From: the human T2T-CHM13v2.0 reference genome, Homo sapiens
Length of the DNA stretch: 64,000 nt
Assembly (NCBI RefSeq): GCF_009914755.1
Contig: NC_060927.1
Strand: one strand, 5' to 3'
Shown: one piece after another, positions 28,420 to 42,217 of the stretch
Position numbering within the stretch: the stretch's first letter is position 1
How the letters are laid out: each line of letters starts with the position of its first letter
Notes under the pieces: generated by a model
Told to the model about the DNA's origin: nothing
The model's database searches: none
What the model saw: the letters and a program-made list of their open reading frames with translations, nothing else
Translations under genes and position numbers: made by a program

Positions 28420-29300
28420 TGTGGTTTAAGGAAACACTCTCAAACTGTGTTTCCTCAGCTCTCACACAACCACAGCAATCATCAACAAAGAAGAAAACAT
28501 TTGTGACCAAAGGTGTGGAGGATTCCCCATACACTGAAGACCAGACACCAGCTGGGTGCTCTCCAATTCAATTCAAATCTTATCTACATGAAGGGAGTTT
28601 CAGATGTCACAGGATGGGGGCTCAGTCCCCAAGGCTGCCCTCTCTTCAGACACCAGTCTCAAGTCCAGGCCTCCAGAACTTCTGACCGACCAGGTTCAAG
28701 TTGGGGTTCCCACAACTTCTCTTTGGGTTCAATTAATTTGCTGCAGAGGCTCAAAGAACTCAGGGAAACATTTACTTATGTTTACTGGTTTATTATAAAC
28801 GATAGAGATACAGAGGAAAGAGATAAAGAGACATGTCGGGTGAGTTACGGGGGAAAGGGCATGGAACTTCCATACCCTCTCCAGGTGCTCCACCCTCTAG
28901 GAACCTCCCCTGTTCAGCTCTCCAGAAGCTTTCAACCTGCTCCTCTAAGATTTCTGTGGAGGCTTCATTACATAGGCATGATTGACAACCATGTGGAAAT
29001 GTGATTGGACAAAAAGCACACGATCTAAACCCAGCAAGGCTTGTCTGTTCAGACTTTTCTTGGTCTCTCTGTGCAGCCTTCTTTCCTCTAGGTTATGGGG
29101 CAGGACCCCTCTATCCCCAGAATGAGGGTCTTTGAACCCACAATCAGATTAGAGTCCTGCCTTGGCCAGGTAAAAGGAGAGGAGAAAGAGAGATTATGTT
29201 TCCTAAGGCCTGCCCCTGAGACCTAACGTGCCCCAACATTATAACAAAAGACCATAACAAGGACTATAAGAGTTATGAACCAGAAACTGTGGACAAAACA
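28420..29300 (-). mobile_element. MER21-like solo LTR
   Basis: CACCAGCTGGGTGCTCTCCAATTCAATTC, GGGCTCAGTCCCCAAGGCTGCCC, AATTTGCTGCAGAGGCTCAAAGAACTCAGGGAAACATTTACTTATGTTTACTGGTTTATTATAAA are MER21 hallmarks. Confidence 0.8.
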
Positions 29301-29470
29301 CACACATATATATATTTGCACATATATATGAAGTATATATTTATTATATATGTATTAAAAATGTATGATATATATTTATTCCATATATAGTATATATTAT
29401 ATATTATTTCTATTTATTATACATATAATATATATTTATTATAGATATAAAATCATGATTTTATATATGT
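29301..29470. repeat. AT-rich (TA)n low-complexity tract
   Basis: Directly visible. Confidence 0.9.
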
Positions 29471-30119
29471 AAGGCTATTAACATAAAATTACAATATGAC
29501 AGAATAGAATCACTAGAGGCAAACAAGGGGAAGGGAATACAATCCCTGCAAATAAGTCACTGAAATCTTAAAAACTCCCACTGACTAACTGGCAGAGGTT
29601 CAAGCCAGTTTTACCTAGATCTTAAGGAGTTGACTCCTAGGTTCTTTTCAGCTTTATTTCATATGAGAATCTTTGCCTTTCGTGATAACTAAAAGAAAAA
29701 TTGAGACTATTTTGCAGATATTTATGGCCATTGGAATTTGGCACCAGGGCACAAATTGTCGTGCATCTATCTAGGTTATTGTGATCTTGTCAACATCTGT
29801 GTCAGCTTGCCCTCAAACAGTCAAGATCTGCAATGGAATCTTTCTTTCTCTGAAAAAATGCATGTTTTGTGTCAAAAATAAAATTTTGTAATTATAAGTA
29901 CAGGTGAGTCTTCATTAGTCAGAGTGGTCAAGTAGTGCTACATTTTCCCCCCTCATCTGTCACCAAGCACAAATAGGCAATAGAGACAAACAATTCATAA
30001 CATAAATCCACATAATTTGACCACAACTTTCAAGGGGCAATTGAAATCAGCAGTTGAAGTAAACCTCACTTTTCTCATCTGCAAAATGAAGTAATTACCA
30101 GTGAGACTTGAGTAAGGTG

Positions 30120-30298
30120 AGTAAGGTCTGTAGTCTAGCTAATCGTATTGTACCAAAGTCAGTTTCCTAGTTTTGATAATGTACTACAGTGATGTAAGAT
30201 GTCATCTTTAGCTGAGGGAAGGGTATATGGGGCCTCTCTGTACTATTTTTGCAAATTTATGTGAGCCTATAATTATTTCAAAACAAAAAGTTGAAAAG
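30120..30298 (+). mobile_element. Old L1 (L1MC/L1MD-like) 3' UTR end
   Basis: TTTCCTAGTTTTGATAATGTACTACAGTGATGTAAGATGT...CTCTCTGTACTATTTTTGCAA...TAATTATTTCAAAACAAAAAGTT. Confidence 0.7.
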
Positions 30299-30480
30299 AA
30301 ATGATGTTAATAATATCTTCTTCACAGGGTAGTGATGATTACATGGGATTAAACAATAATAATAATAGATTGTTAAACTGCCAAAAGTATACAATTATTG
30401 GTTGATTAATGACCAATCCTATTTTCAAGCTCTCAAAATCAATGTTCTAGTTCCTTTTTTCCCCTGGGTAATAATAGATA

Positions 30481-30614
30481 ACATACATATATATATATAT
30501 ATACACACACACATACACACACACACACACACATGTGCATGTATACATCTATATACATACACGTATATATACGTATATATATATGTTAGCTCTTATATGT
30601 GCTATATATAAGAG

Positions 30615-30656
<42 letters not shown>

Positions 30657-30661
30657 CTCTT
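30481..30661. repeat. Compound (TA)n/(CA)n microsatellite including a perfect (TA)20 run
   Basis: (TA)20 at 30616-30655; CA run at about 30503-30533. Confidence 0.95.
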
Positions 30662-30934
30662 TTATGTGCCAGCCACCATTCTTAGTTCTTTACTTTTATT
30701 ATATCATATAAGCCTCTCAACAATTGTAAGAGAAACCAATAATGATTTTCCTTTGTGGAGGTGAGGAAACTGAGGTTTCACATTTGGTGGAACTCACATA
30801 GCTTGTAATTGGGTAGAACTGAACTGCAAAGCTGAGTTTAGGATTCTGGAACTAGACCTCTTGATTGCCACTAACATGTCTCTCCTCCTGTGATTTAGCC
30901 TGCCACAAGTGTCAAGAGAAAACAGGTGAGGTTT

Positions 30935-31843
<909 letters not shown>

Positions 31844-33189
31844 TCATTTTATGTTAACCTCCAAATGCAATTAATATGATGCACCTGATCCTTCCATAGA
31901 CATGACACAATTGATAAAGGGATTTTGCTTATTTCCATTCCTGAGGTTGCCCAATTAATGGAGGTTTTAATATACATTGAGAGTTGAATTCAATCTTTTG
32001 TTGTTGTTTGTTGTAACATTTTTACTATAAGATGAATAATTACAATATAAAAAGAATACATGAAGGAGCATGCAGAATGACAGTTTACCAAGATAACCAA
32101 AAGAATCCATACCAAGACAACAAGGAGAATCTTACTGTTAATATCTTCCATTCCTGAAGGAAAACAGAATATAGTGAACTGCTCTGGCAAAAAACTTGTT
32201 TCAGCTTTCAGGGCTATATATTCATATGCCCCTGGTTGGGTGACATTGGAATCAGAAAATTATCCTGCTAGCTTCTTCCAAATGTCTGCCTGAAACTCGG
32301 GTTATGTGACTCATCTACTCTTCAGGAGACTCAGATCAGGCAAAATTCTCTAAAAATATAGTGTTTTGAAGACTTTTCTGTCAGATCAATTGCTGATCAA
32401 TGAAAGTCAGACAGAGGTTAAAAAATATTAAAATGTCAAGATTCTTAGGTCTCCCCCTCCACCAGAAAGAATAAAAATAACAATGCTATATGCACCACTC
32501 ACCTCTCCTCATCCCTCTCTACACCTGGGAGTGCTCCCACTCTTCACAAGAGCCATTATACCCAACTGGTTATCAAATTTGTCAATGCACAGTTAGAGGG
32601 TGGGCAGAAAGACAAAATTAAGAAGGAGATAGAGGCAGGAAAGTCTAAGACTAAGATAAATTGAGTCAATCTACATAAGAAAACATTTGAAGAGAAAGGG
32701 GTGATGGAAGAAAAAAATTGTGTGTAGGCTGAAAGAAAAAAACAGAGGGGTTCAGAAGAAGAAGAAGAACTAGGAAGAAGCATATAAAATCTATGAGAAA
32801 TATTGAGCATGCATAAAACTATAAGCAAAATTGTGTGTGAACATATTTTTCTTAAAAAGTATATTTATACTTTGAGAAGGTTCTGAAAAGGTTATTTGAC
32901 TCCAAATATTTGTGGAAAAGATACCATGAGTGTGGTATCTTAAATCATAATCATGATCAAATCATAAAAGTTCTGGATTCTTCTGGGGAAGATAGATAGA
33001 GAGTTGCTACTGTTACAGTAAAGGACTCCAGCATCACTGGCATAAAGGGCCCTGGAGATATAAGTCAATGGCTTCATGGTTATGCATGGGATAGAACATA
33101 CCTAGCAGATACAACATAAAAATGTAATCAATCTCTGTTGATTGAAAAATCTGGCCTTAGTAGGTATTCTATTGTCCCCTGATAATAGT

Positions 33190-33727
33190 CAGTAGCTGCA
33201 AGATCCCAAAACAGTCACAAATGATCCTTGATTCCTGGTTTTCACACCATTTTGAGCTTTCTTTCCACCTTGAATCAGGGATGACTGGTCTGACAAATAG
33301 AACACAGTACCAGTAATGATGTGTGGCTGCCAGGGTCAGGTCATGAAAGGCATTGTGGCCTCTGCCTTGGCCTCTAGGATGGCTCATCAGAGAAGCTAAC
33401 CACCATGTCAAGAGGTTAAGAGCCATGACATGTGGAAAGACCCATGTGAAGAGGAACTGAGGTCTACCATCAACTTGTCAGTCATGTGAATCAGCCATAT
33501 TGGAACTGGATTTCCATCCCCAGTCAAAACTTCTGATGACTGCAATCCTAGCTGACCAATGACTGCAATCTCATGAGATACCCTGAGTCAGAATGACACA
33601 GCTATGCTGCTGCTGAACACCTGACACACACACACACACGCACACACACACACACAGAAAGAGATAATGAATTATTGTTCTAAATTTTAGATTAATAATG
33701 TTATCCAGTATTTATCTAATTAATACA
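33190..33727 (+). mobile_element. MLT1F-like MaLR LTR containing a (CA)n run
   Basis: CCATGTGAAGAGGAACTGAGG, CCCCAGTCAAAACTTCTGATGACTGCAATCC, CTCATGAGATACCCTGAGTCAGAA; ends TAATTAATACA. Confidence 0.75.
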
Positions 33728-33846
33728 AGACCAGTGTGCAGAATTGGTGCTCAGTTATCAATTACTAACACTGATATTTAATCCAATATAAACAAAAGGT
33801 AATATTCAATCCAGTCAAAACAAAAAGGTGTCTGCTAATGTTGGAT

Positions 33847-33907
33847 AATAACAATACTATTACTCATAAATACAATAACAGTACTATTACTCATAAATAC
33901 AATAACA
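33847..33907. repeat. 27-bp tandem duplication (2.3 copies)
   Basis: AATAACA(A/G)TACTATTACTCATAAATAC at 33847 and 33874 plus AATAACA at 33901. Confidence 0.9.
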
Positions 33908-34779
33908 TGTTTTCAACACTGACTAATAGTGATGTTTATTCTGAGGCACACAGTAGGTACTCCATAATTGTTGACTGATAATGGAGGCATTTGTTTATTT
34001 CTGGTTACTTTGGGAAATTACAATGCTGACATTTGATTTTGATATTTTTATATCACAAATGTACTATACAGCTCCCTTACTCTAGAGTAAAACCACCACC
34101 TCCCTACAAAAAATTAAAATCCACATCCTATTCATATTGTTTGTCTTTACAATAATAAAAAGAAAGGCTTACGCTAATCCTCAACTGAATTTAGAAATGG
34201 AAGAAACTGAAATTTGGTAATACTTTTAGTGACATAATAATGAAAATAATCAAATCAGTATTAATACTCTTGATGGAATTTGTGTAAGTAATGAATTTAA
34301 ATGTATTCACTGCACACCTTGCATAATTTAATATTCTCTACAATCAAAAATTAATAAGCATGAAAATCTACAATGTGCTTATTCCTGAAAATAATAAATA
34401 TTATGGCCTCATAAGAACAACTGAATGATCTCAATATTTTCCCCCTCAAATTTAACACAATTAAAGATAAATCAACCAAGGAAAAAATACAAATAATTAC
34501 AAAATTGAAACCAGTGAAGAGAAACTTGCAAACAAATAACAGATGGTGTAAACTAGATTATTAAAGACTGGTAACTTCCAAAGTCTTGCTGAGCAGATAA
34601 ATTATTACTTACAAGATGAGAAATTACAATTTTTCACTTTTGTAATACTCTGCTAATGACATACATGGTGACACTTGAAATATTTTAGGGGGCAAACTAT
34701 ACATTTCTAGAAGTTAACTACATCTGGGTTTCAAAGAGAAGTCCAAAAAAGAAACCTAGGCGATCCCCGAGCTAAACCA

Positions 34780-35093
34780 TTTTTTGTTTGTTTTTTTTGT
34801 TTTTGTTTTTGAAATAGAATCTCGCTCTATCGCCCAAGCTGGAGTGCAGTGGCACAATCTTGGCTCACTGTGACCACTACCTCCTAGGCTCCAGTGACTC
34901 TCCTTCCCTCAGCCACCTCAGCAGCTGGAACTACAGGCATGCATCACCATGCCTGGCTATTTTTTGTATTTTTTGTAGAGACTGGGTTTTGCCATCTTCC
35001 CCAGGCTGGTCGCAAACTCCTGGCCTCAAGTGATCCATTTGCCTCAGCTTCCCAAAGTGCTGGGATTACAGGCATGAGCCACCACACTCAGCC
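34780..35093 (-). mobile_element. Alu, AluJ-like
   Basis: Reverse two-arm Alu with (TTTG)-type tail; diverged with few CpGs. Confidence 0.92.
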
Positions 35094-35217
35094 CCTGACC
35101 TAAACTTTTAAAAAGTCTAGTAGCAAGGATAATAATGTCTATAGCAAGTAATAGAAAATAAACAAATTTAGACAATAATAATAATATCAGCAACATACAG
35201 TGAGATTTATTGAACAC

Positions 35218-35640
35218 TTAGCAGATTGAAAAAGGTGGCCATAATAATTCACAGTTGGACGGCAGCTCCTCCCATGTGGAGGTAGAGTCTACTTTATGGC
35301 TTGCTTTAGTCACTAGAATACACAGAAAAGACAGTGTACTAGTTACAAGCCTAGGCCTCAAGGGGCCTTCTACTCGTCCTCTTAGAACTATATCTAGCCA
35401 CTAAGGGAAAAGGGTGTGGGCAAGCCTGCTGAAGGATGTGTGACCACAGGGAGGTGAACTGAGCCATCTCAGAAACTGACCAAGATGCATGAGTGAGCAG
35501 AGCTGAGATGGGAATAACCACCAAACAGAACCCAACCCAAACAGCCAGACAACATGCAGAATTGTGATCTCAGTGAATGATTGTTTTAACACAAATTTGA
35601 AGGTGTAATAGTTTGTTATGCAGCAACAGCTACCTGATAC
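35218..35640 (+). mobile_element. MLT1G/H-like MaLR LTR
   Basis: CAGCTCCTCCCATGTGGAGGTAGAGTCTA...AGCCTAGGCCTCAAG...GTTTGTTATGCAGCAACAGCTACCTGATAC. Confidence 0.7.
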
Positions 35641-35719
35641 GTTTCTCTGCTTTGTTTTGTACATATTATTTAACGTAGTCCTTGCTACATGCTACAAGGT
35701 AGGTAGTATTATTATCCAC

Positions 35720-36190
35720 CTTTCACAGGTTAGATCGGAAGCATACAGCAACAAAAGGAATTTGTTGCTTAATATAACTGATACAACTGGAAAATCTAAA
35801 GGTGATAATCTTACTGGATTCAGGTATGGCTGGTTCAGAACTTCAGTGTCACCAGGGCTTTGCTTTGATTTTTCATTTTTGGTTCCATTTGCCTCTGCCT
35901 GGATTTTTTCTCATACAGACTCTTTCCATGTGGACACATGTTAACTGTTTATAGCCCCAAGTTTGCTTTGTTCTCATAGCTCATAATCCAGAGAAAGTTT
36001 GCTCAGATGACAGTCTAGGGAGATTCTGATTGGGCAGAACTGGTCATGTGCCCAATCCAAGAACCAGGGGACAGGTACAGCCTTGTGATCGACAGTTCCA
36101 CCAGAATCACCTGATGAGGATGGGATGAAGCAGGAACAGTTTTCGAATGAAGAAAGAAGTATTGGGAGGCAGTAATATTATGTCCTCCAC
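35720..36190 (-). mobile_element. Old MLT1 (J/K-like) LTR, degraded
   Basis: GGATTCAGGTATGGCTGG and TCTGATTGGGCAGAACTGGTCATGTGCCCAATCC blocks. Confidence 0.5.
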
Positions 36191-36704
36191 AGTAGCTCAC
36201 AGGCTCACAAAGTGGGTTCTAAGACTCCTTAGTGATGACATAATTAGAAACCTTTAAATTAATACATCCAGTTCATCTAGAAGTCAGTGGTCATTACACA
36301 GAATCAACAACCCCACTCCTCTGGTTCTCAAGCAGCCTGCTCTCCCCACATCTCTTCAGACAACCTCGCCACAGCTCCTCTCCCTGAATAAGAAGAATAT
36401 CCTTAGTCTAGTTTAGTTTTATAGATTTACCTGATGTTTGAAGAACAGCATTTTCTCCCAAGCTAAATTGGAGAGTGGATTATTTGCTTTACAAAAGGAT
36501 TCTTGACTTTACAAAGGATTTCCAGAATAGGACTTTAAATAGCAACCTCCCCTGGTGCATTTAAACTATGATTCTGTCTGCAAGATGTTGCTTCTGAATA
36601 ACTCAAATTCTGTTTACCTGGGGGCTAGGTTAGGCAGTTTCTAAGAGCCCTTCCAGTGTAAAAATTCCATGAGTCTGTAACCTATAGAACACAGTTGCAA
36701 AGAG

Positions 36705-36930
36705 GCAAGGGCTCAGAACTGAACAGCCTGGCCTCTAACTCTGGCCCTCTTAGTGATTTACTAGCTGTGTGATGACTTTGGGCAAGTTGCTGAACCACTC
36801 TGAGCCTCAGTACCCTCATTTATTAATGAAACCCAATGCAAAAGTGTGTTATAAAGATTAAATGGGTGAATACATGACATATTTAGTACATTCCTAGGCA
36901 CACATGGAGTATTAGTATACTGACTGCAGC
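36705..36930 (+). mobile_element. MIR SINE
   Basis: TTACTAGCTGTGTGA...TTGGGCAAGTTGCTGAACCACTCTGAGCCTCAGT...AGATTAAATG. Confidence 0.8.
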
Positions 36931-37226
36931 TACTTTTTGGCTAGTTTCCAATCTATTTGGTCCTCTGCAGACAGAGAGATCCCTTCAAAATGTAATTCGG
37001 CTTTTGTCAAACTGCTCTGCTTAAAATCTCAATGGTTTCCCACTTCTCTAAGAAAAACCCAGTATCTCAGAATGTCTTACTAGGGCCTCCATTGCTGGCC
37101 TCCCCCTGGCCACCCAGGGTCATTATTCACCACACTCATTACCACCTGCACACAAACCTGCTGCTGCTTTTCCCAAGTTCAAAACAAAACTAAAAAACAC
37201 TTCCTCCTGACCTCACTTCTCGTTAG

Positions 37227-37545
<319 letters not shown>

Positions 37546-37836
37546 TGATCCAACTCCTTCCCCAGCTTGCTCTCTGGACGCATCCTTGAATCAGTCAGTG
37601 GCAACTCCAACTTTCTGGATGCTCCAGCTGGAAACCTTGAAGAAACATCTCTTCCTACCCACTGTCCACCCGCTAATCGTGCTACCTCCCCTTCAGAGCG
37701 TAGCTGAAAGATACCCATTCTCCCCAGCTATGCCGCTGCCCCTCCCTGGCCCAGCCATGTCCCTCTGAATCACTGCCATAATCTCCTTGTGGGCTTGGCT
37801 TCCACCTTCATTCCATACCCCTCTGTTTCCAGGAAC

Positions 37837-38823
37837 GTTAATAGAAAAAAAACAAACTCTGTAAAATATTTTTAAGAGATTTATTCTGAGCCAGTATGAG
37901 AGACCATGGCCCGGGGGACACAGTCTCAAGAGGCCCTGGAAAAGTGCGTCTCAGGCGGTTGGGTTACAATTTGGATTTATACATTTCAGAGAGACAGGGG
38001 TTGCAGGCAAAGACGGAAATCCACACCTTGAAAGGATACATTCATTCTTCCAGGAAAGATGTGACACTTTGAAGCGTGGTGTACAGGTTATAGGTGTATC
38101 CAGAGATTCTTTAATTTGCAACGGGTTAAAGGAGTAAAGCTTTATTTAAAAATTTGGAGTGAACAGAAAGTAAGGTTTTAAGTTAAGAAGTCTGTTAATC
38201 AAAATGCTGGGTCAGGGTGACCAGTAGGGGTGTGTGACTTCATCTGCCTGGCGTGGCTTTAAGTCCCCTATCTTATTGTCACCAAGAGTCTGTTTTGTTA
38301 GTTGTTGTTGTTTTTGTTATTGTTGTTTTTGAGACAGAATCTCACTCTTTCGCTCAGGCTGGAGTTCAGTGGCACGATCTTGGCCCACTCTAACCTCTGC
38401 CTCCCGGGTGCAAGTGATTCTTCTGCCTGGGCCAGCTGAGTAGGTGGGATTACAGGCGTCCATCAGCACGCCAGGCTAATTTTTGTATTTTTAGTAGAGA
38501 CAGGGTTTTGCCATGTTGCTCAGGCTGGTCTCGAACTCCTGACCTCAAGTGATCCACCCGTCTTGGCCTCCCAAAGTGCTGGGATTACAGGTGTGAGGTA
38601 CTGTGCCCAGCCCATTTTATTAGTCTTATTGCCTCTGCTTTAACATTAATGTCAATCAGTTGTGATACCTAAATTTCACAAAAGAGGGGGTATAATAATG
38701 TGTGTTCGACCTCTCATCCTGTCGTGGCCAGGAATTAAGATTTTAGTTTTCTCTGGGGTCCTCTTGAGCAAGAGGGGGTCCACTTAGTCAGTGAGGGGCT
38801 TTCAACTTGAATTTTAGTCTACA
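37837..38823 (-). mobile_element. ERV1 MER4-group solo LTR interrupted by an Alu
   Basis: AGAGATTTATTCTGAGCCA...GACACAGTCTCAAGAGG at left; right end reads TGTAGACTAAAATTCAAG...GGACCCCCTCTTG on the minus strand; subfamily uncertain. Confidence 0.75.
38300..38612 (-). mobile_element. Alu, AluS-like
   Basis: GGTCTCGAACTCCTGACCTCAAGTGATCCACCCG; (TTG)n tail; TSD-like TTTTGTTAGT / TTTTATTAGT. Confidence 0.95.
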
Positions 38824-41379
38824 GCACTCGGAGAAGTCCTTTGAAAACAGAAGTCAGATCAGATCTCGGCTGCTGAAGGCCTTGTAGGGCTACCCCACTC
38901 TGTCAGAGTAGAAGCAAAGCCCAGCGTGGCCCTAAGGCCCGCATGATCTGATCCTCAGCCTTGCCCCTCTGGCTTTATCTCTGACTTCTCTCCCTCTCAT
39001 CTGCTCTGCTCCAGCCACGCTGGCCGCCTTCCATTCCCGAACATGCCAGCTGTACCCTCACTTTGGAACTGCCTGTTTCCTCTGCCTGAAACACCTCCCT
39101 CCAGGAATCTGTAGAGCTAACTCCATCACTCTTCAACTGTCACCCATGTCATGAGGCCTGCCTTGATCCTTGTATTCAAAGTAACTCACCCCAACCTGAG
39201 ACACTCATGATCCTCCTTGCCCACTTCTCCCTTTCCCATATCACTTATTATACTACGGAACTTAATTAATTATTATGTTTATTTTTGATTGACCCCTTGC
39301 TTTCCAAATATAAGCTTTTCAAGGACAGGTGCCTTTGACCATCTTGCTCATGTATCCCTATCAACCAGCAAAGTGCCTGTCACATAATAGATGCTCAAGA
39401 AATAGCAGTTGACTAAGCATATGCTCTGGCCATTCCGGTCTGTTTTCTCATGACCTGAAGTTGCATTTCATACATCACTTCCTCAGGGAAACCTTCCCTG
39501 ACCTCCCTGATCAGTTCCTACAATTATAGGTCCAGTTTCCCTCTCCTCCATAGCACTTTTGAGAGATTCAATTTTGTATTGGTTTTGTGACTACACAAGC
39601 TTCATCAAGTCAGGTTCAACCCTGTAGGTTTTTCCGTACCATCTTATCATGAATACCTAAGAGTATCTGGTACATAGTAGGTGCTCAATAAATACTTGTG
39701 AAATACATGAATATTAGATGGTTATTCATATTATTTTAAGTAGTTAATATTTCTTTACTTATTCATGGCCTTCAAGTTCATATACAACATGATTAAAATC
39801 AATCAATCAATTTGCTACTAGATAATTGCCCCTAAAAGGATCAGTGGTTATCTGCAGGGCTTTTAAATAAACTCCATTTGCTACTTTATGCGGCTAAAGG
39901 AGTGTACCAAGAGAACTTTTTGCCTTTCATTAGAATTTCATCTCAGTATTATTTATTTGCATCTGAAGCAGATCCTTTCCTGTCTGTCTTCCAGGCATGC
40001 AAACACTTTTGTTTTATCCAAGTGAAGCATGAAAATTTGCAGGTTGCACCCAAAACCAAAATCCACTTTTTAACCCCGCCAATTTAAAGTATTTTTTTTT
40101 CCAAACCTACTTTATATATGAGCAATCCAAGATTCACATCAGGGTTGTTAGAAAAATGATCATACTAGTCTAGTACAAAGAAAATGGCATAATTCTGATC
40201 TTTTGATGACTATGTAACACCCATGATTCCACGGGCATGGAATCATGACTAATAGAATGAAAACTAATTCCATATCCCCTAGTTTAGTTGGTGGTATCAG
40301 TAATTTAACAAATTATTTATACAATACTGCGCTTACTAAATCTAAATAGTGTTTCCTTCTTGATACATAGCAGCTGTTTGTCTAGCCCTTTAGAAGGGTT
40401 CAGAAGGAAGAGACTTGGGTAAACTACTTATGTATTCCTAGTTTTCTCCTCTGAACATTTACATAGCATGTCCCTGTTGGGATGTTCAAGACTGACTGCT
40501 GAGAACTAAATAGACTGGGCTCAGACGCAGGAATAGATTAGTACACAGAGGCCTGATGGAATTTTCCTCTGATGAAAAGCTCCACCCCTCCTTCGCAGCC
40601 TACTTCTGAACACATGCTATAACTCTTGTGTGTGTTTGAGGCCTTGGTAAATAAAGCAGCTGGTACAGAGAAAGGGTTCGACACCTTACCTTTGTCAGGG
40701 ACTCTTGAGAGAAAAAGGAGACACTCTAACAATTTTATTGCCAAATATTTCAAGCTTATAAAATGCATCCAAAATAATAAAATGAACACCCTTGCACCTA
40801 CTGCCTAAGAGAATAGCTATTAGGCTATATTAGAAACGGCTATGTTAGAAATAATCGCAGCTTTTTTTTTTTTATTTAACTTTGTCAAGTCAATGTTTTG
40901 CCTAATTGTGTCAGACCCTTTGGAAACAAAAAGAAAGGAAACGTCAGAGGCATGGGCAAAGTTTCACTGAAGACTTCTTCTATACCTTCCATTTGCCCAT
41001 CTTCTTCCACAGAGATATTTACTGTCTTGAGAGTGAGGTTTACCTTGACATATGTGCTTTTATTCTTGTTCCTTATAAACTTTAATTTTTATGTGCTTTA
41101 AAACTTTATATAAAGGCTATCATACTCTATATCTCTTTCTGCAAGCTGTTCACACACATAGACACACACTTCTTGGCTCACTATTCTATTTTTGAGATAT
41201 ATTCATGTTAAAACATAAATATACGCTCATTCTGATGGTGCTGTGTGTTTATGTGGTTTTCTTTTTTCTGGTGGCTAGGGGCTCATAGCAGGGGTCAGCA
41301 GAGGATACAGAACTGCTTTTCCTTTCTATGGATTTAAGTCTGTGCCCAGCATGAGAGCCTGCGTGATTAAAAGATGTCT

Positions 41380-41712
41380 GCTACTGTTAATTTAATGTGT
41401 CAGTTTGGCTGGAACACACTGCCCAGGTATGTGGTCAAACGCTATTCTAGATGTGGAGTGTTTGGGATCCGATTCCCATTTACATCAGTAGACTTTAAGT
41501 AAAGCAGATTACCCTTTATAATAAGGCAGTGATAGAACAAGACTGACCTCCCACAAGCAAGAAGGAATTCTGCCAGCAGACTGCTTTTGGACTCAAACTG
41601 CATGTCTTCCCTGGGTCTCCAGCCTGCTGGCCAATCCCAGCAGATTGGGACTTGCCAGCCGCCACAACACTTGAACTGATTCCTTTAAATCAATCTCAAT
41701 CTCTCTCTCTCA
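41380..41712 (+). mobile_element. MLT2 (MLT2C/D-like) ERVL LTR
   Basis: GTTAATTTAATGTGTCAGTTTGGCTGG, TCAGTAGACTTTAAGTAAAGCAGATTACCCT, CTTCCCTGGGTCTCCAGCCTGCTGGCC. Confidence 0.8.
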
Positions 41713-41809
41713 GATTATTCTATTATGCTACATGTCATATTGATTGGAGGGCATGAGATTAATCTCTCTACCCCTGCTAGGCACACAACTAATGTTTAAT
41801 GACTAATTA

Positions 41810-42217
<408 letters not shown>

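Noticed and set aside
28413-29004. Overlapping 90-163-aa ORFs
   Set aside because: Essentially all within the MER21-like LTR
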